Position numbers and translations under genes: made by a program. From the NCBI GenBank assembly GCA_965644295.1, contig CBFFRP010000125.1:124001-188000 (forward strand): a stretch of 64,000 nt of DNA, read 5' to 3'. This stretch comes from Paraphysomonas bandaiensis. Lineage: Eukaryota > Protista > Chrysophyceae. The notes under the pieces were generated by a model. It saw nothing but the letters and a program-made list of their open reading frames with translations, did no database searches and had not been told where the DNA came from. Position 1 is the first letter of the stretch. Every line of letters begins with the position of its first letter. This document shows, piece after piece, positions 37,779 to 59,599 of this stretch.

Positions 37779-38128
37779 TATAAGGGCAGGAGTGGAAGTG
37801 GTTTAGTTTTGTTGTGGATAAGTCGATGGCATGTATATGCAGAACTCTATAGCAGTGCAGTGAAGTACATACATACATACACTGTCGTTGGGGCTGTTGA
37901 GATGGGCATGCGGCATGCTGTATAGGCAGAGATATCGCCTGCTCTTCTCTGAACTGCTGAGTACAGTCCACTGCTGGGATCTACAACATGCGTACTTGGG
38001 TACTCCTACCTCGTTAATTCGTACGTATGGACATGTATGTAAGTACTTCTCAATGTCAATAACAATCCAGCTTGAATTACAGTGTCTGGAATTAGATTTA
38101 ATCGCCATCACTATCCGACCAACCAACC

Positions 38129-40476
38129 ATGTCCATGTGGTTTCTGGTTCTTCTGCTGACCGATCTACGGCTACTGTCGAGTCAGATATCCACAAGGACC
38201 TCTCCACAATCTCAGCCGCTATTAACGGGAGTAAGCCACTCTCTGCACAGATGCTGCAGTCTGTTATCATCTGAAAATCGCGATAATGCGTTGATTTCTT
38301 GTGCGAATAGCAGTGCCTCAGAGGGATTTGCAGATATGATATCAGCCGTTCCGTATCATTCTGGATCGGAGGGTCCTCGGCTTGCTGTTACACTGCTCAC
38401 TCGAGCAACTTCAGAGGTGTTTTCTTATGCGGATTACAGTTACTTTGTACAGGCTGTATATGCTAGCCACAACGGGTATGCATTACTTCCACTTGTACCT
38501 GACTCGCGTACAGCGGATTACGAGTTCTACCGCAAACTAGTACCTGTGAAAGAGGCGTTGATGGGCCGAGCGATGGATTCAGATTTTATTGTGTGGATGG
38601 ACGCAGGTTCATCGATACATTTACAACAATATTTTCCTCTAACTTCCAGATTATTTTATGTAGATATTATATTTTTAGACCTTGGCATGAGAATAGAGAA
38701 GGTATCTCACTATTATATGTCATCAAAGCCTTTACGTTATTAATTTTGTCAGATAGCAGCATCGTACCCAAAGGCTCACCTTATTATTTCTGCTGATGTA
38801 AGCGCTAAGGTGAACAGCGGGTGTTTTATTTTTCGCAACTCCCCATGGTCTCTTCAGTTTATTGACCGATGGCTAGATGCCCGCTCTGTGTCCAAGGGGT
38901 TCTTCACAGATCAAATGGGGTTCGAGTACCTTTATGAGCGCATAAGTGATACGGATCGTGCAAAAATTGCGATATTGCCTCCCGACGCACTCAATTCAGA
39001 TGCGCCTCCCATGGGTCGTCAGCTTCCGCACAACCAAGTGCTGCATCTGGCCGCGGAGAGCGCCGGCATGAGAGCAAATGCCTTTAAGATAGCGGCTGAC
39101 GAGGTGTGCGCTGCTATGAAAGAGGGGAGGGCACCGACTCATCAGCTTGGATTATCCAGAGAAGTTATACGATCCACAGCAGAGACAAGGTTTGTAGGGT
39201 GTAATTCTGTCTTGTGTACAACGTGCATATGAACGTGCTTCTGTATTGCAGTTACGGCTCTGAAGCTCAACGTTTATCGCAAAAATTTACGAACTACAAC
39301 TACTCTGATCATACTGAAGATCGGCCTCACATAATACAAGAAATTACTGACCTGAGGTGAGAGTCAGCCTTTAATTTCTTCGTGTTCATCATTGTTGAGC
39401 TCTGTAGATATGATATGAGCAAACATTTATACGCTGTATCGTATGCTAATAATGAAGCTGAAACTCCGGAAACAATGCAGCTAAGACGATTGGTCAGTAA
39501 ATGTATATCACACGTTGCATACGGCGTACAGGACCACATCGAGCGTACTTTAGGCGTTAGCATCCGTAACCTAACATCCCTTCCTCTAGCACAGGCAAAG
39601 GCTGTCACGCGCCATCCAGATTTCACTAACCTTTTGAATTTGTTTAAGCTGTCTTGTGAATGCTCCTATGAGCTAGTACATGCCCTTCAGGTGGAAATAT
39701 ATTCCAACACATCTGATACGTACATGGAATGGAAAGAGTTGACTATTGATATTATGTACAAAATTGACTTCATGCTAACGGCGGTAGGTGTTAACTACAG
39801 CTGAAATTGCCGCCTCATTTCAATGCCTTAGGTTACTCACCAGCAGCGGTTTTTGGTTCTTGATATGAAGGCCTCTCTTCTGGGAACTATTGGTGAGTGA
39901 TAGTGCTTTAAGAAACAATGCATGTATATTTTGCTTGCTACATTCATGGTTGTTGTGAATTTCCTGTTTAAGTCTATTTAAATAGGGGAACTCTTGTCGT
40001 ATGTTGGTGATATCAACGGCAGTATATCTCATCTGGAGAGGTCGTTAGAGATATACAACACTTTGCGTATGATGAATGAAGAAAGCGGTTCAGGAGGAGG
40101 GGGGGGAGACAAGCGGGCAATGCTTGGAATAAAATCTGCCCTGGCCAAAGGGCTGTGTATGAATCACCAATACACCGAGGCGATGACACTGTTTTCTGCT
40201 ACTTTGAGAGAGGAAGCTAGTCATGTTGGGCAGTATCATCATAACCTCGCACAAAAATACATTAACGCTGCCGTATGCGCACTCACTGCGGGACTTCTTG
40301 AACAAGCTAAGCCTCTTCTGCAGAGTTGTTTGATTACATGTGAAAAGAATTCGCACGTACCTATGGGTGATACGTGCACATCAGCGGCAAAATATTGGGC
40401 TAGATTAGAAAAAAAGATGCTGCAAGATACTGCCAAAAGTTCAAGTGGCAGTATTGGAGTAGAGTCAGAGTTGTAG
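38129..40476 (+). CDS. GT34-like (GMA12/MNN10) glycosyltransferase with C-terminal TPR-like helices
   Basis: Signal anchor; YASHNGY; WMDA|D DxD motif across an intron; NSGCFIFRNSPWSLQFIDRW; DQ motif; multi-exon. Confidence 0.75.
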
Positions 40477-40841
40477 CTTATAAAAAATTACTTTATATTA
40501 CTATTAAATATGCCACTCTATCGGGAATTCTGATTCTTTCTGCCTTCACACTACTACGTCATGCTCCTTATTCATACATCATAACTGGAATTCAAGCACC
40601 CAAGTGGTGTAATTTACGAGTACAGAATCATAATGGCCCAAACCAAGGGCATATATAGAATGCTTGATGAGTATTCCAGAGGGAATAGACTACATTGTTA
40701 AAATATTGAGTTCTATTCCAGATGTGAGATCACTTTAAAATTGAAAGAAGACGATATCACCACTATTTATCTAATAACACTCTGCGGCCAGCCTCATTGG
40801 GTGAATGATATCGATATATTCATTACTTAAACATATAAAAA

Positions 40842-41174
40842 CTAGTTGTTAACAGAATATTTATAGTTGCATGCTGGACATTCATAAAATACGGTTTGAC
40901 CTTCATCGACTGAGCGCAATTGCATGGTGTAAAAATACATTTCACCGTGACCACATTTAGGGCACGGTTCTTCGATAACTGCATTCTTATTTGCAGTAGA
41001 CCCTTCGTCCTGTTGGATCCAAGCTGGTTCTATCGTCGGCGCACTTTTTGTGGTAACTTCTTTCACCCCGAGTTCACTGAACTTACACCGATAAGGGCAC
41101 GCTGTGCAGATAGCGTCGTCTCCCTCAGGAGGATCCATAATAGTTCCACATTGGGGGCAGAAAGGCCATGTCAT
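40842..41174 (-). CDS. RPA12: RNA polymerase I subunit RPA12
   Basis: FCPQCG..CTAC zinc ribbon; CPKCGH..YTMQLRSVDEGQTVFYECPAC TFIIS-like ribbon. Confidence 0.9.
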   Translation of the reverse strand: MTWPFCPQCGTIMDPPEGDDAICTACPYRCKFSELGVKEVTTKSAPTIEPAWIQQDEGSTANKNAVIEEPCPKCGHGEMYFYTMQLRSVDEGQTVFYECPACNYKYSVNN

Positions 41175-41417
41175 ATTTCGCTTTTTAAATGTATAACTCA
41201 GAAATGCGTTTCTTTCAACGATAATTAACTCTTCTCTCAGATGTAGCCAACATCCAGTGTGCGGGAATATTATACGGATGTAGCAGGTATGTGTAGAATA
41301 ATTGTTGGCTGTACAACAATTCAAGAGAGCCAACCAGAGGTGTCCAATAGAAACACTTTGATCGATACCAAACATATATAATTGGATATCGTAAGAACTA
41401 AATACATCGGTATTTTC

Positions 41418-42331
41418 TGTATGTATGTATGTATGTATGTATGTATGTATGTATGTATGTATGTATGTATGTATGTATGTATGTATGTATGTATGTATGT
41501 ATGTATGTATGTATGTATGTATGTATGTATGTATGTATGTATGTATGTATGTATGTATGTATGTATGTATGTATGTATGTATGTATGTATGTATGTATGT
41601 ATGTATGTATGTATGTATGTATGTATGTATGTATGTATGTATGTATGTATGTATGTATGTATGTATGTATGTATGTATGTATGTATGTATGTATGTATGT
41701 ATGTATGTATGTATGTATGTATGTATGTATGTATGTATGTATGTATGTATGTATGTATGTATGTATGTATGTATGTATGTATGTATGTATGTATGTATGT
41801 ATGTATGTATGTATGTATGTATGTATGTATGTATGTATGTATGTATGTATGTATGTATGTATGTATGTATGTATGTATGTATGTATGTATGTATGTATGT
41901 ATGTATGTATGTATGTATGTATGTATGTATGTATGTATGTATGTATGTATGTATGTATGTATGTATGTATGTATGTATGTATGTATGTATGTATGTATGT
42001 ATGTATGTATGTATGTATGTATGTATGTATGTATGTATGTATGTATGTATGTATGTATGTATGTATGTATGTATGTATGTATGTATGTATGTATGTATGT
42101 ATGTATGTATGTATGTATGTATGTATGTATGTATGTATGTATGTATGTATGTATGTATGTATGTATGTATGTATGTATGTATGTATGTATGTATGTATGT
42201 ATGTATGTATGTATGTATGTATGTATGTATGTATGTATGTATGTATGTATGTATGTATGTATGTATGTATGTATGTATGTATGTATGTATGTATGTATGT
42301 ATGTATGTATGTATGTATGTATGTATGTATG
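41418..42331. repeat. Perfect (TGTA)n microsatellite, ~914 bp
   Basis: Uninterrupted tetranucleotide run, about 228 units. Confidence 0.99.
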
Positions 42332-42483
42332 CGCAGGTCGGGGTGGAGGTACAGTATGGTCATATATGACTGTGTATGTACAGCTCTGTATATGGGTGTG
42401 TATATCGGCATCTTGTGAAGTAGTTTAGATATATAATACTTAGTCCAGTTACAAGGCCTAGATGTTATGCACTTAGAATAAGC

Positions 42484-45400
42484 ATGATTCCTCCCATGCC
42501 TCCTAAACCTAAAAGTATTATATCTGTATCATTAAAGAAACCTCTTGGACTAACTCTTGAGGAGAACGAAATACTCGGCTTGGAAGGTGGAGTGCATGTC
42601 GTTGCCGTGGCTCCAAATGGCAATGCTGCTAGATGTAGTAGTGTAACTGTTGGAATGATTCTTATGGAAATATGTGGTGTGGATGTTAGCGATCTAGACT
42701 TTGATCAGATCATGGACTTGCTCATCACTGCACCGGAGGACGAGGAGATCGATCTGGTATTTGCTAGCGGCGTGGAGGGTATGGAAGAGAGCGATTACGG
42801 GGAGGGAAGTGGATCAAGTGCCTCTATTGATGCGAAGGACTCAACTAGTTCCCGTATCGATGCTCTCGAAACAGTCCTGACTGGCATAGAAACTGCTCTC
42901 AACATTGCGCCTGTAAACAAGAATGATTCTATTGGAAGAAACCTCAGCCCTTCTCGGCCACCCCCCCCACCCCCTCCTAAGGGAGCCCCCAAGGGAACAT
43001 CACCATCTCCCAATTCAGCAATGAGCAACCCACAGCCGCCGCCTCCTAAGGGAACATCGCCATCTCCCATTTCAGCAAAGAACAACCCACAGCCACCGCC
43101 TCCTAAGGGAGCCCCCAAGGGAACATCACCATCTCCCAATTCAGCAATGAGCAACCCACAGCCGCCGCCTCCAAAGGGAACATCACCATCTCCCAATTCA
43201 GCAAAGAACAAATCACAGCCAGCGCCTCCAAAGGGAACATCACCACCACCCAATTCAGCAATGGGCAACCCACAGTCACCACTTTCTAAGGGAACATCGC
43301 AATCTCCCTATTCAGCAAAGAACTACCCACCGACGCCCTCCGCTTCAACGATGAGCAGCCCACAGCCACCACCTCCTAAAGGAACGCCGCCATATCCCAA
43401 TTTAGCGGTGAGTAGCACTCCACTCAATCCTTCAGGACAATCCTCCGGTGTTCCACCCCCTCCGCCACCACGACGTAACTCTGTACCTGAGGGACAAGTA
43501 ACGACGTCACCTCCTGTTCCTCCTCCTCCTCCGCCGCCGCCGAGAACAATGGGAGATCAGACAACACGTCCACGTATCAAAACTCATAATCAGCCGCTGC
43601 CTCCGCGACAGGCCCTTCCACCTAAACCAGAGTCTCCAGTAGAGACTTCTCCCGTTCCATCATTTGTTATTCCTGCAAGGCCTGGTAGCGACGATAATAA
43701 TAGGTCTGTTGTGAGTTCTGGGTGTAGTGACGAAGATAGTGAAAGTTCATTTGGTGGGAATACGAGTGAAAGTAGTTCACAGGGTAATGTCAATTCGCGT
43801 ACGGAAGACAGCTCAAAGAACTCACTCATATATGACCCTCCGGCTCCTCTTCCGCTTTCTATTTCCACTCATTCAGTGATTTCCAAGCACCCTGCACATT
43901 CAGAAGATGAAGGGGTATTTTTAAGTAGTGGTATTAATGTGAGAAAAGAGGAGACAGAAGTGAGCGCATGGCAAGAAGCAAGGGCACCAACCCCTCCCCC
44001 GAGACCAGCCTCACATCTCACCAACAATGTTCATGTGCAACATGCTGGATTGAAGTCTGTCGATACTAGCGAAGCCTCTTCAGAGGTTGCTCTCTGTTCA
44101 CAATGTCGCATGTCCTTTACTTACCCCAACGAGAAAGTTGTATCAGTGCCATCTGAGAACCACTCGCCGAGGATGTTAAATTGCCTCCATAGTTACTGCG
44201 CATCTTGCTTGTACAATATGTGGAAGAAAAATGGTGTGTCAGTTACATGTCCTGCGTGTAAAGTAGTGACCACCATTGGTGTCAATGGAGTTATGGGCTT
44301 ACCAAGCCCTTTTCTGCTGTTACGAGGCATTCCTAATGTTTGTGGAAACTGCGAAGAGAATCCTGCAAACTGGAAGTGTTGTCAGTGCTCCGCTGACTGC
44401 GCATTGCTGTGCGATAGCTGTCAGTCCGTTCATGTTAGTATGAAAGCCTTTCGCTCGCACCAAATCGTGCCTCTTAGTGTTCGCAATGACAACAGGGATG
44501 TAAAACAAAATGAATTAAAGCTATGCAAAAAGCACACTTCCAAATTTATGGATGTATACTGCGTGGACTGTGAGGAGGTCATATGCATGACCTGTGCAGT
44601 GTTTGATCATAGCAGTCACTCGGTTGTACCGTTGTTGGAAGGACGAGATATTGAAGCAGACAGCATTTCTAGCACTATTGAAAATATGCGCCAGAAAGTT
44701 GAACGTGGAAATATTTCTTTAATGCATTTGCAAAGCCTACTGCTAAGTTTAGATGGGAAAAAGTCGAATATAATTGAAATTATTGAAAATCTATTTCAGG
44801 GTCTCAGAACTGCACTTCAGATGAGGGAGTCTGAAGTACTTAGTACGATTGACCAGCAGTATGAAGAAAAAGTGAATGAGCTGAACGGGCAATTGACGTT
44901 TACGGAGCTTGCGATGGAGTTACGCCAGCATGTACTGACCACGGCCGAAAATTTTGTTTTCCAATCTAATGACTATCAGGTAGTCTCTTTATTGCGGTTT
45001 TGTTTGTGGCTGATGTGTAATATATATTAGTTACTGGATGTTGCCAGTCTACTGAAAGAACGCATATCTTCTCTCAATAAAGAGCATGTGGCTTCCATGC
45101 CGATGGTATTTTATATATTACTATCTATGTCTCCTAGTTACCCGTTCTGTAGGTTACTGCTGATATGGCTTTGATATCAGGGTCAGATGTATTTATTCGA
45201 AGTATGATGCCATCTGTAGGAATGTTACGCGGTTCGCATTGGACTGCAAGTCCCGAGAAATGCTGTGTAGATGATGTGAAGTCTGGATTATTTAATAACT
45301 TGTGGTGGCTGGAAGTTAAGGTGTCGCTGGTCAACGCTGATGGGGTACCTCTCGCATGCGGGGGACACCCGATATCGTTTGAAGTAGTTAATGTTGAAGG

Positions 45401-46282
45401 GCTAATAGAGCGTGAACGTGATTCCAGTGCTGTGTCTAAAATTGATTGTTTGAAAAAGCGGCGATTCTCGAGTAGAGATGTGCCATCGGCTGAAGCTGTT
45501 GCTGCGCAGTTGGAAAATGTTGAGAGAGGAAGATTCATTATAGATGATATGCAAGGAGGATTTAAATTCATATTCTTTTCGAATAAATCTTGCCTATTAT
45601 CTGCCCATGTGAAAGTATTTGGGAAACATATATTTGGCTCGCCTACGTCTTATACATTTGGATGTCTTGGTACACCAACCATAGTATTCGGTCCGAAAAG
45701 TGGGAGTGTATTATTTGCGTCTAGTGTGCTTACGATTAATGGCTGGCCCGATGCTAATTCTCCTGAAAATTTGAGAGTTATGAATACGTCATCTGGGTGG
45801 TTGACCGAAGGACAAGGCACTGAAACTGTGGTGCTCGGGTTCAATGCTGTCGTTGCACTGCATCAAGTTCGCTTGCTGAATTGGGCGGCAAGAAGGTAAA
45901 ATATAGTGATGAGCGTGGTTTTCTTGATGGATATCGTTGCAGATATCAAGTTGCCGTTCGTAAGTTTGACCCGACTGCTGATGAAAACACTGAAGAAGAA
46001 TGGATTTGTTTGAGTGCAACTCCAGCCCCGACACAGATAAGGGCAGGAGTGAGCAAGGTACGTTTGCAATGTATTGGAACTATTATGTTCACTGGTCATT
46101 CTGGATTTTAGAGCTGGCTGGTTACTCTTAGTCCCGAAGAAAGAGATGATATTGGACCTATTGATGCGCTAAGACTAGATATTTCTGAAGGGAATAACAC
46201 TGCATTTTATGGTGTTAATATCGAAGGGTGGGTATTGTATGAAGGGTGCGTTAATTATTATACTTCGTTTGATGATGAATGA
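42484..46282 (+). CDS. PDZ + Pro-rich repeats + RING/B-box/coiled-coil (TRIM-like) E3 ligase
   Basis: KPLGLTLEE..GNAA (PDZ); PPKGTSPSPNSA repeats; CSQC..PRMLNCLHSYCASC..CPAC (RING); two B-boxes; coiled coil; possible filamin-like and beta-sandwich C-terminus. Confidence 0.82.
42950..43400 (+). repeat. Coding imperfect tandem repeats (~57-69 bp) encoding PQPPPPKGTSPSPNSA
   Basis: About 7 visible copies of CCTAAGGGAACATCACCATCTCCCAATTCAGCA. Confidence 0.85.
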
Positions 46283-47607
46283 GTCTTACATCAACTTCTT
46301 TTGCCGCTATGTATTGCCCCTATTATTGTTCACATTCCTGTGTTAGTATTGAGTTGAAATAATTTGGGTGGAACTGTCGACTTGGTTATGATATAATCGA
46401 AATAGATAATATTGAAGAATATTTTATTCGAAACTAGCATAAATAAATGGTTTGAAATTGTAACTGAACACTGAGCTCACACGATATTCATTTTTTAAAA
46501 TTTGTGATAACCATTTGTCACCATTCACAACTATTGAAGTTGTCACTACAACCATCTACTACTTTATGCTCTTGGTTATCAGTCAATATATTTCAGTTAG
46601 ACTAAAATGTGACACACATCACGTCCTATATCACCACTGTTTGTAAGTATGTGGAAGGTTTTGACACTTTATTATTATGGATATTTAGAGTTCCGGATTA
46701 TTTTGGGACTTATTTTCATTTTGACTTAACTGCACTCAATAGTATGTAAAGATGTGAATCTTGATGTAACCTAGTCTAGACAACTATTTCATTATGACGA
46801 GGACGACGAATAATATACATCTCGAAGTATAATTTAAGTAGTATATAAACTAAAACTATAATATAATATATAATAGAGTGTGAATGCACAGGTATTAACC
46901 ATAGAGGAGTATTTCATTGTACTTTAGCCAATAATACAGACGGACTTAACCTCTGAAACATTTCTGCCACATGACTTCTCGGAGTATCATAAACACACTT
47001 TCCAAAGTATATGCTGGAGTGATCCTGCGGTAAAATAGACGAAATCAGAGAAGTTTCGTTCCTTCATGGAGCAATAGGATATGCCGCACAGAGTTGGGTT
47101 TTAGGGCACAGTCACTTCCTATCTATATTCATGATGTCAACAGGTCATACTTTGCAGGTAACATCAGAATACCACTACATCTTATGCATATGAATCGCTG
47201 TTTCGCCAAACACCCTCGAAAACATAAGAGTCTACTTATAAGTGGACGGCACGACAAAGTTTATCAACGACTAGATAAACCCGTCACGACACGAATGTAG
47301 CATCGCTTCTTGTGACAGATATTCTTATCCAATGCGCTTGATTCGGTGGAAGGGGGGATAGTTGAGTATTATGACGGTATTCGGGTTTCTTCCACATAAG
47401 AAGACAACACAGTAACAACATTAGTGACAAGCTTCATAGTGGAGAAGCTCGGAAAAGCGACCTCACTGAAGAAAACAGAGCCATAAACGTCTATATCTCA
47501 CACACCCATTCGAAATACACCTGCATATTTAGTTAACGCCTGCTAAGAGACTGAATTGAGATATCCAGACAAATATATGCGTAGGATTCCTACCTCATTA
47601 TACGTCG

Positions 47608-47642
47608 TACATACATACATACATACATACATACATACATAC
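47608..47642. repeat. (TACA)~9 microsatellite upstream of the CCT gene
   Basis: Seen directly in the sequence. Confidence 0.9.
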
Positions 47643-47969
47643 GTACTGTATACTGCTGTACATCCATGCATACAAATATAAAAAATTCAGTTTTTCGACG
47701 TCTCTTTAAGATCACTCATTCATCCCTCCTTCGCTGAGGAATGTGCTGGAAGATTTCTAATGGGCTGGTGTGGGGGGTTGATGTCGTTGAGTGGCATATT
47801 TCACTGCTTGACATAACTCACTTTTTGCTCGTTTCAGTTGCGCTACGGGCAGTTCATATACATATACACATAATTCAGCTTCGTCAGCTGATTCTAGTGA
47901 CGAGGCTACTTTAAGCAGAACTAATCTCGCGTCTACATCTTGTTAACTTCAATTCATTTGAACGAACAG

Positions 47970-48544
47970 ATGTCCTCGAAACGAAACGTGATGGCCACAC
48001 CCAGGCACCCCTCTGCCCCTCAGGCGGACCTAGAGATCCCAGTGAACACCTTCAGTCATTGCCAGATGAATTTTTGCTTGGAACCGAAGTGGAGGCCACC
48101 CTCTGTGACTGTGATTTAGACCTACAAGACTTTGATCTATTCGATTTTTCTGATGTATTGGATGACTCTGCTCTGTTTGATGACAATACTTCAAGTTCAG
48201 TCGGAGATAGTTCTTCTTTTACACTAATTGAGAGTAGTAGCCAAGTGTCCACGTCAAGTAGTTCCTCACCTTCCAATGTCAGCGATAGTCGCAATTCCAG
48301 TCCCTTTGATGTTTATTCTTTCACTTCCTCTTCCGCCTTAAATCCCAGCACTTTACGTAGGAGGGAGGCTATTACGAGGTGGATGCGCAAGCGTGAAAGG
48401 CGTTCTTTCTCTAAAAAACGTGTTATTTCGTCTATATCAGCAAAGCAAAGGAAAGCGATTCCGAATCGATCAAGCAAAAGTGGTAGATTTGTGAAAAGTA
48501 CTACTGGATTTGTATCCATCACTGATTTGCAGGGCTGTGACTAA
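47970..48544 (+). CDS. CCT-motif protein (5' exon not resolved)
   Basis: RREAITRWMRKRERRSFSKK...RSSKSGRFVKS matches the CCT consensus; frame is open upstream to an AG at 47969. Confidence 0.65.
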
Positions 48545-48899
48545 GTAAAATGTAGCTATCATGATCTCTAAATAAAAATAATGAACAATATGTGATTAAT
48601 ACATCTAGAATAAGGGTTTAGTTTTCGATCAGCTACTGTGGAACATTGGAGTATAAGTAGAGCGCGAGTCTTGCCAGATGATTGGAAGCAACCAGTAAAG
48701 GGAGAAACACTCCACTATGATAAAATTGTTCATCAAAGCAATCATCTGACCGAAGAAATTACTTGAATAACGCTTTGACGGCTCTTAGGAGCTGTGGCGT
48801 TCTGTGTGCGTTGAAGAAAACATAGGCACAGCAGCGATAGAACACTCAGATACCGTCTGAGAAAGCAGAAACTAATCATTCCACACAGAAAAGTGTGCA

Positions 48900-50225
48900 A
48901 CTGTAATGGACTCGAGTCATTGGATAGCAATCTTATCATTATTATTGAACAGGGTGGCATCATATGAACAAATATCACGAGTATTTTTTGAACTAAATGA
49001 GGAACTATCAAACTGTAAATGTGGCAACGCAGAGAATTTACAGTCGGGAAGGGCTCTTATTGAAGCAAAAGGGTGGATACAAACACCACTAATTCCCAAG
49101 TGGATTGGAATGTCGCCTTACGCCTGGTACGTGTATCACTGGTGCAGCTGGATGGTTATGGGTGATCTACCTTTTTCTTTGTCGAGAGAGAAAATTCAGG
49201 GGGATACTCTAACGGAAGATATATATATATGGAACAACCTTAATGAGGTATTTGGAGGAGATTCACGAAGTGGTCGCTAATATCATTAAGGAAATGTTAC
49301 CGATCACATTTGCTTGTTGTTGACGGATGGAGTTGTGCTAGAGCACACTATTTTACTGCGTTTGCTGTTTGGACAAGAGGGAATGTTGTACAACAAGTGT
49401 TGCTATGCTGTGGAGTCTAAGATAATGACGAGGATTGCGATATCAATTTTACAGCAGAATCAATCGGAGATTATCTGTTCGATAATTTACAGCTAATTGG
49501 ACTGTTATGTGGGCACCCTATACCTTTAATTGATTGCTGGCTGCAATGAGGTTTATTGCAACGGAGAGGTACTTCGACTTTTGGTGGATAATCTTGTCCA
49601 ACTATGCCCCAAACTACGCGAGTTGAAGCTGCACAAGAATAAACTACTACATGGTCAAAGCTAAAGAGCGTCAAATGGAGTTTGCTGTATATGCTATGTG
49701 GTAAAGAGGTATATATATGAAATTTCCACTCATCAGCGTGGGCGTGATTTTGATGTTGATGACAGGGTAGGAGTGCTTTTGTCTCAATTAGAGAGGTTTG
49801 CCATCGTCTGTAAACTTTTGCTATCAGATGGATAAGAGCAGCTTGACCTAGATGATATCGGGGTGCAATTTGATGATTTAATTTGTCAGTACATTGGGAT
49901 TAAATTTCACATGGGTGGAAACGCGGACATTGTTAAAAATACAGAATTAGAGATAGCAGTGTAGTCAGAATTCAGCGTGGTAGGGAAGAAGAACTGAACC
50001 GCGTTGAAAAGCACATATGCGACGCTTTTTGATAAATGATGTACCTGCACACCACGGTGGCCTCGATGAAGAGAAAAAGAGGATGATGAGGAGTACAACC
50101 GAAAGCGCAATAAAGCACGAATCAAACTGCTAACACAATATCGTTGCCTGAAGCATTCGTCTGGCATTACCAATGTATGTGAAAGGTTGTTTAGCAGAGC
50201 AAAGATTGTTATTACTGATGCAAAC
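48900..50225 (+). pseudogene. Decayed hAT-like transposase
   Basis: Disrupted fragments: AWYVYHWCSWMVMGDLPFS; LCGHPIPLI; KLREL; LDLDDIGVQFDDLI; ADIVKNTELE; TNVCERLFSRAKIVITD (hAT dimerisation motif). Confidence 0.7.
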
Positions 50226-50953
50226 GAATGACACTGAAGTCAACATTTTCAAAAATTTACCAGGTTTCGTTCGTTTTACCAGGTTTGGGCACCACGTCGA
50301 CTTTATAAAAAGACACCATGCAAATCTGCATCTTTGAGGAAATTCTAATCCAGAAAGTGATTCTAAAATCTATCAATATAATTGAAAGCAATTAATTTCA
50401 ATGCCAATGATTGGATGATTGGCTAATTTTGTTGGGTATCTGTCATAATATTGGAATGCAATATGCTATTTTTACACTCAGCTTTACATGTATGTGACAA
50501 CATGTCTTCTATTACGTCTATTAAGCCTCTAAGTAGTGGTGTCAGTATTCATCTCAATATACTATATCGTATTGGAAACAACCTGTAGATGCTGCATTGT
50601 GGGAGCCAGTATAAATTGCAACAAATAAAATATATCGCACTTCTAGAGAAACAGCAGAATTGTCAACAACCCCGACTTTAAGAATGTATACATCTTGAGG
50701 GTAGATGATTCGATTAATGTAGGTTACGATACATTAGAAATTAATGAAGGACGGGGAACGCCCCAAGTCACTTAGTAACATGCATGTACGATATCTACCA
50801 GACTAAGAAGTAAGTAAACAATGTGCTTAGCCCACGTTTTTGATTCAAGTAGTATTTTAATAGTATATATTGCTTCTATTCACGTAGAGTGCTTGAACTG
50901 GACAGCAATAAGCACAAACTATGACACTGAAGTCATTGTTTTACATTCTCAGG

Positions 50954-57602
<6,649 letters not shown>

Positions 57603-58013
57603 GCTTATTAGCCAGAGTCAGCAAACTATTTCAATTCAAAGATAAAATATACAGCCTGTGGTGAGTAAGAATGCGTGATATAGTCACCAAACTTCCAGCT
57701 TAATAGGTGGAATATTTTTTCGAGTGAGAAGCATATTCTACATCGACTTAAAGTGATTTACTCACTCCTGCCTGTATTAACATGCACTCTACACTCTACC
57801 TTTAATACAAAGATAGATATTCAGGTGAGACTACATAGAATACGCCGTCGTAGTGTGAGGTATTTTACTGTTGGCAGTTGTCACCTGCGGTATTTCAAAA
57901 TACAGTTGATATACAGAAGATGTATATGTACAGTCGAAGTGTTGCTGTGTTGTAACTTTAAAGTTAGCAGTTGCAAAAGAGTTAATTCAGATATCAGTAT
58001 CAATCACAACTAG

Positions 58014-58496
<483 letters not shown>

Positions 58497-59599
58497 GGTC
58501 CTCATTCGTAGTCAATGTAAAATCTGTGTGTAATAACTACAAAATATTTAGCTTATTACACAATGCACATTTTGTAGCGATTGAGTCAGAGGAAATAGAG
58601 TTAGATCCCTCTATTATGTCATGTTGTGCTCATATTAGTCAGATATATGTGGAATGACAAGGTGATGGGGTGAATGTCATTCATATTCATATACTCAAGC
58701 AGGAAGCTGGTCATACATATTATATTGAGAACTGAGATGTCTAATTGAATACTATGTTTGAATGTTTACCGATATATTTAAATGTTGTCAGATGTCAGAT
58801 ATATATGCCCTGTTCAATAGATCCAATATTTTTTCACTATGTAATATATTATATATTTCATATTGTCATTCAATAACCAATAACAACGTGAATTTAGAAA
58901 ATAGCGCAGTACTTGGTGTAGCAATATGTTCGTCATCAACATCAAAAAGAATTACAAATGCTCATTATTTGTTGTATTAGTAATGGTTCACACATGTATC
59001 AGATATATATTGAAGGAAGCCGATAGGCAATATGAAACCAGACAACATATTATTACGATATTTACACAGGTTTCTAGCATCCTTTAAGCCTTATAATGAT
59101 TTCCGAAAGCAATATTTTACCAGGCGGGCCACTGGTATCACATTCATAATTAATATCAGCTTGTGGGAATGCCTTACATACAATTGTCCTTTATATGAAC
59201 ACACAAGGCTAGTAGAAAAAGTTAAGTGAAATGGTGGACTACATAATAAGCTAATGTATCATCAGTATAAGCACCATGCACCTTTGTACAGCCCTCAACT
59301 GCCAACAATGATGTTGCCGTCTTCGTTTGCCAACAATGATATATATTCAAGTATAATAGTGTAAATCATGACGTGTACTGGTTTGGGACCACTATTTGTC
59401 GCTGTGTCACCTGTAGTGTACGTGTGCAAGAATAAACGGGACAGCGGTGTGTGTGCAAGTATAATAGAATTAAATCATGAATAGCACTCAAATCGGGACG
59501 GCATCATCATATATGAACAATTTTCACAAGCATTTTTGAACTACCAGTAGAACTACTAAACAGGGTTTGTAAATGGTAATACAGAGAATGTACAGTTGG

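Noticed and set aside
41382-42428. Long MYVC/HTYI ORFs on both strands
   Set aside because: Stop-free translations of the (TGTA)n microsatellite
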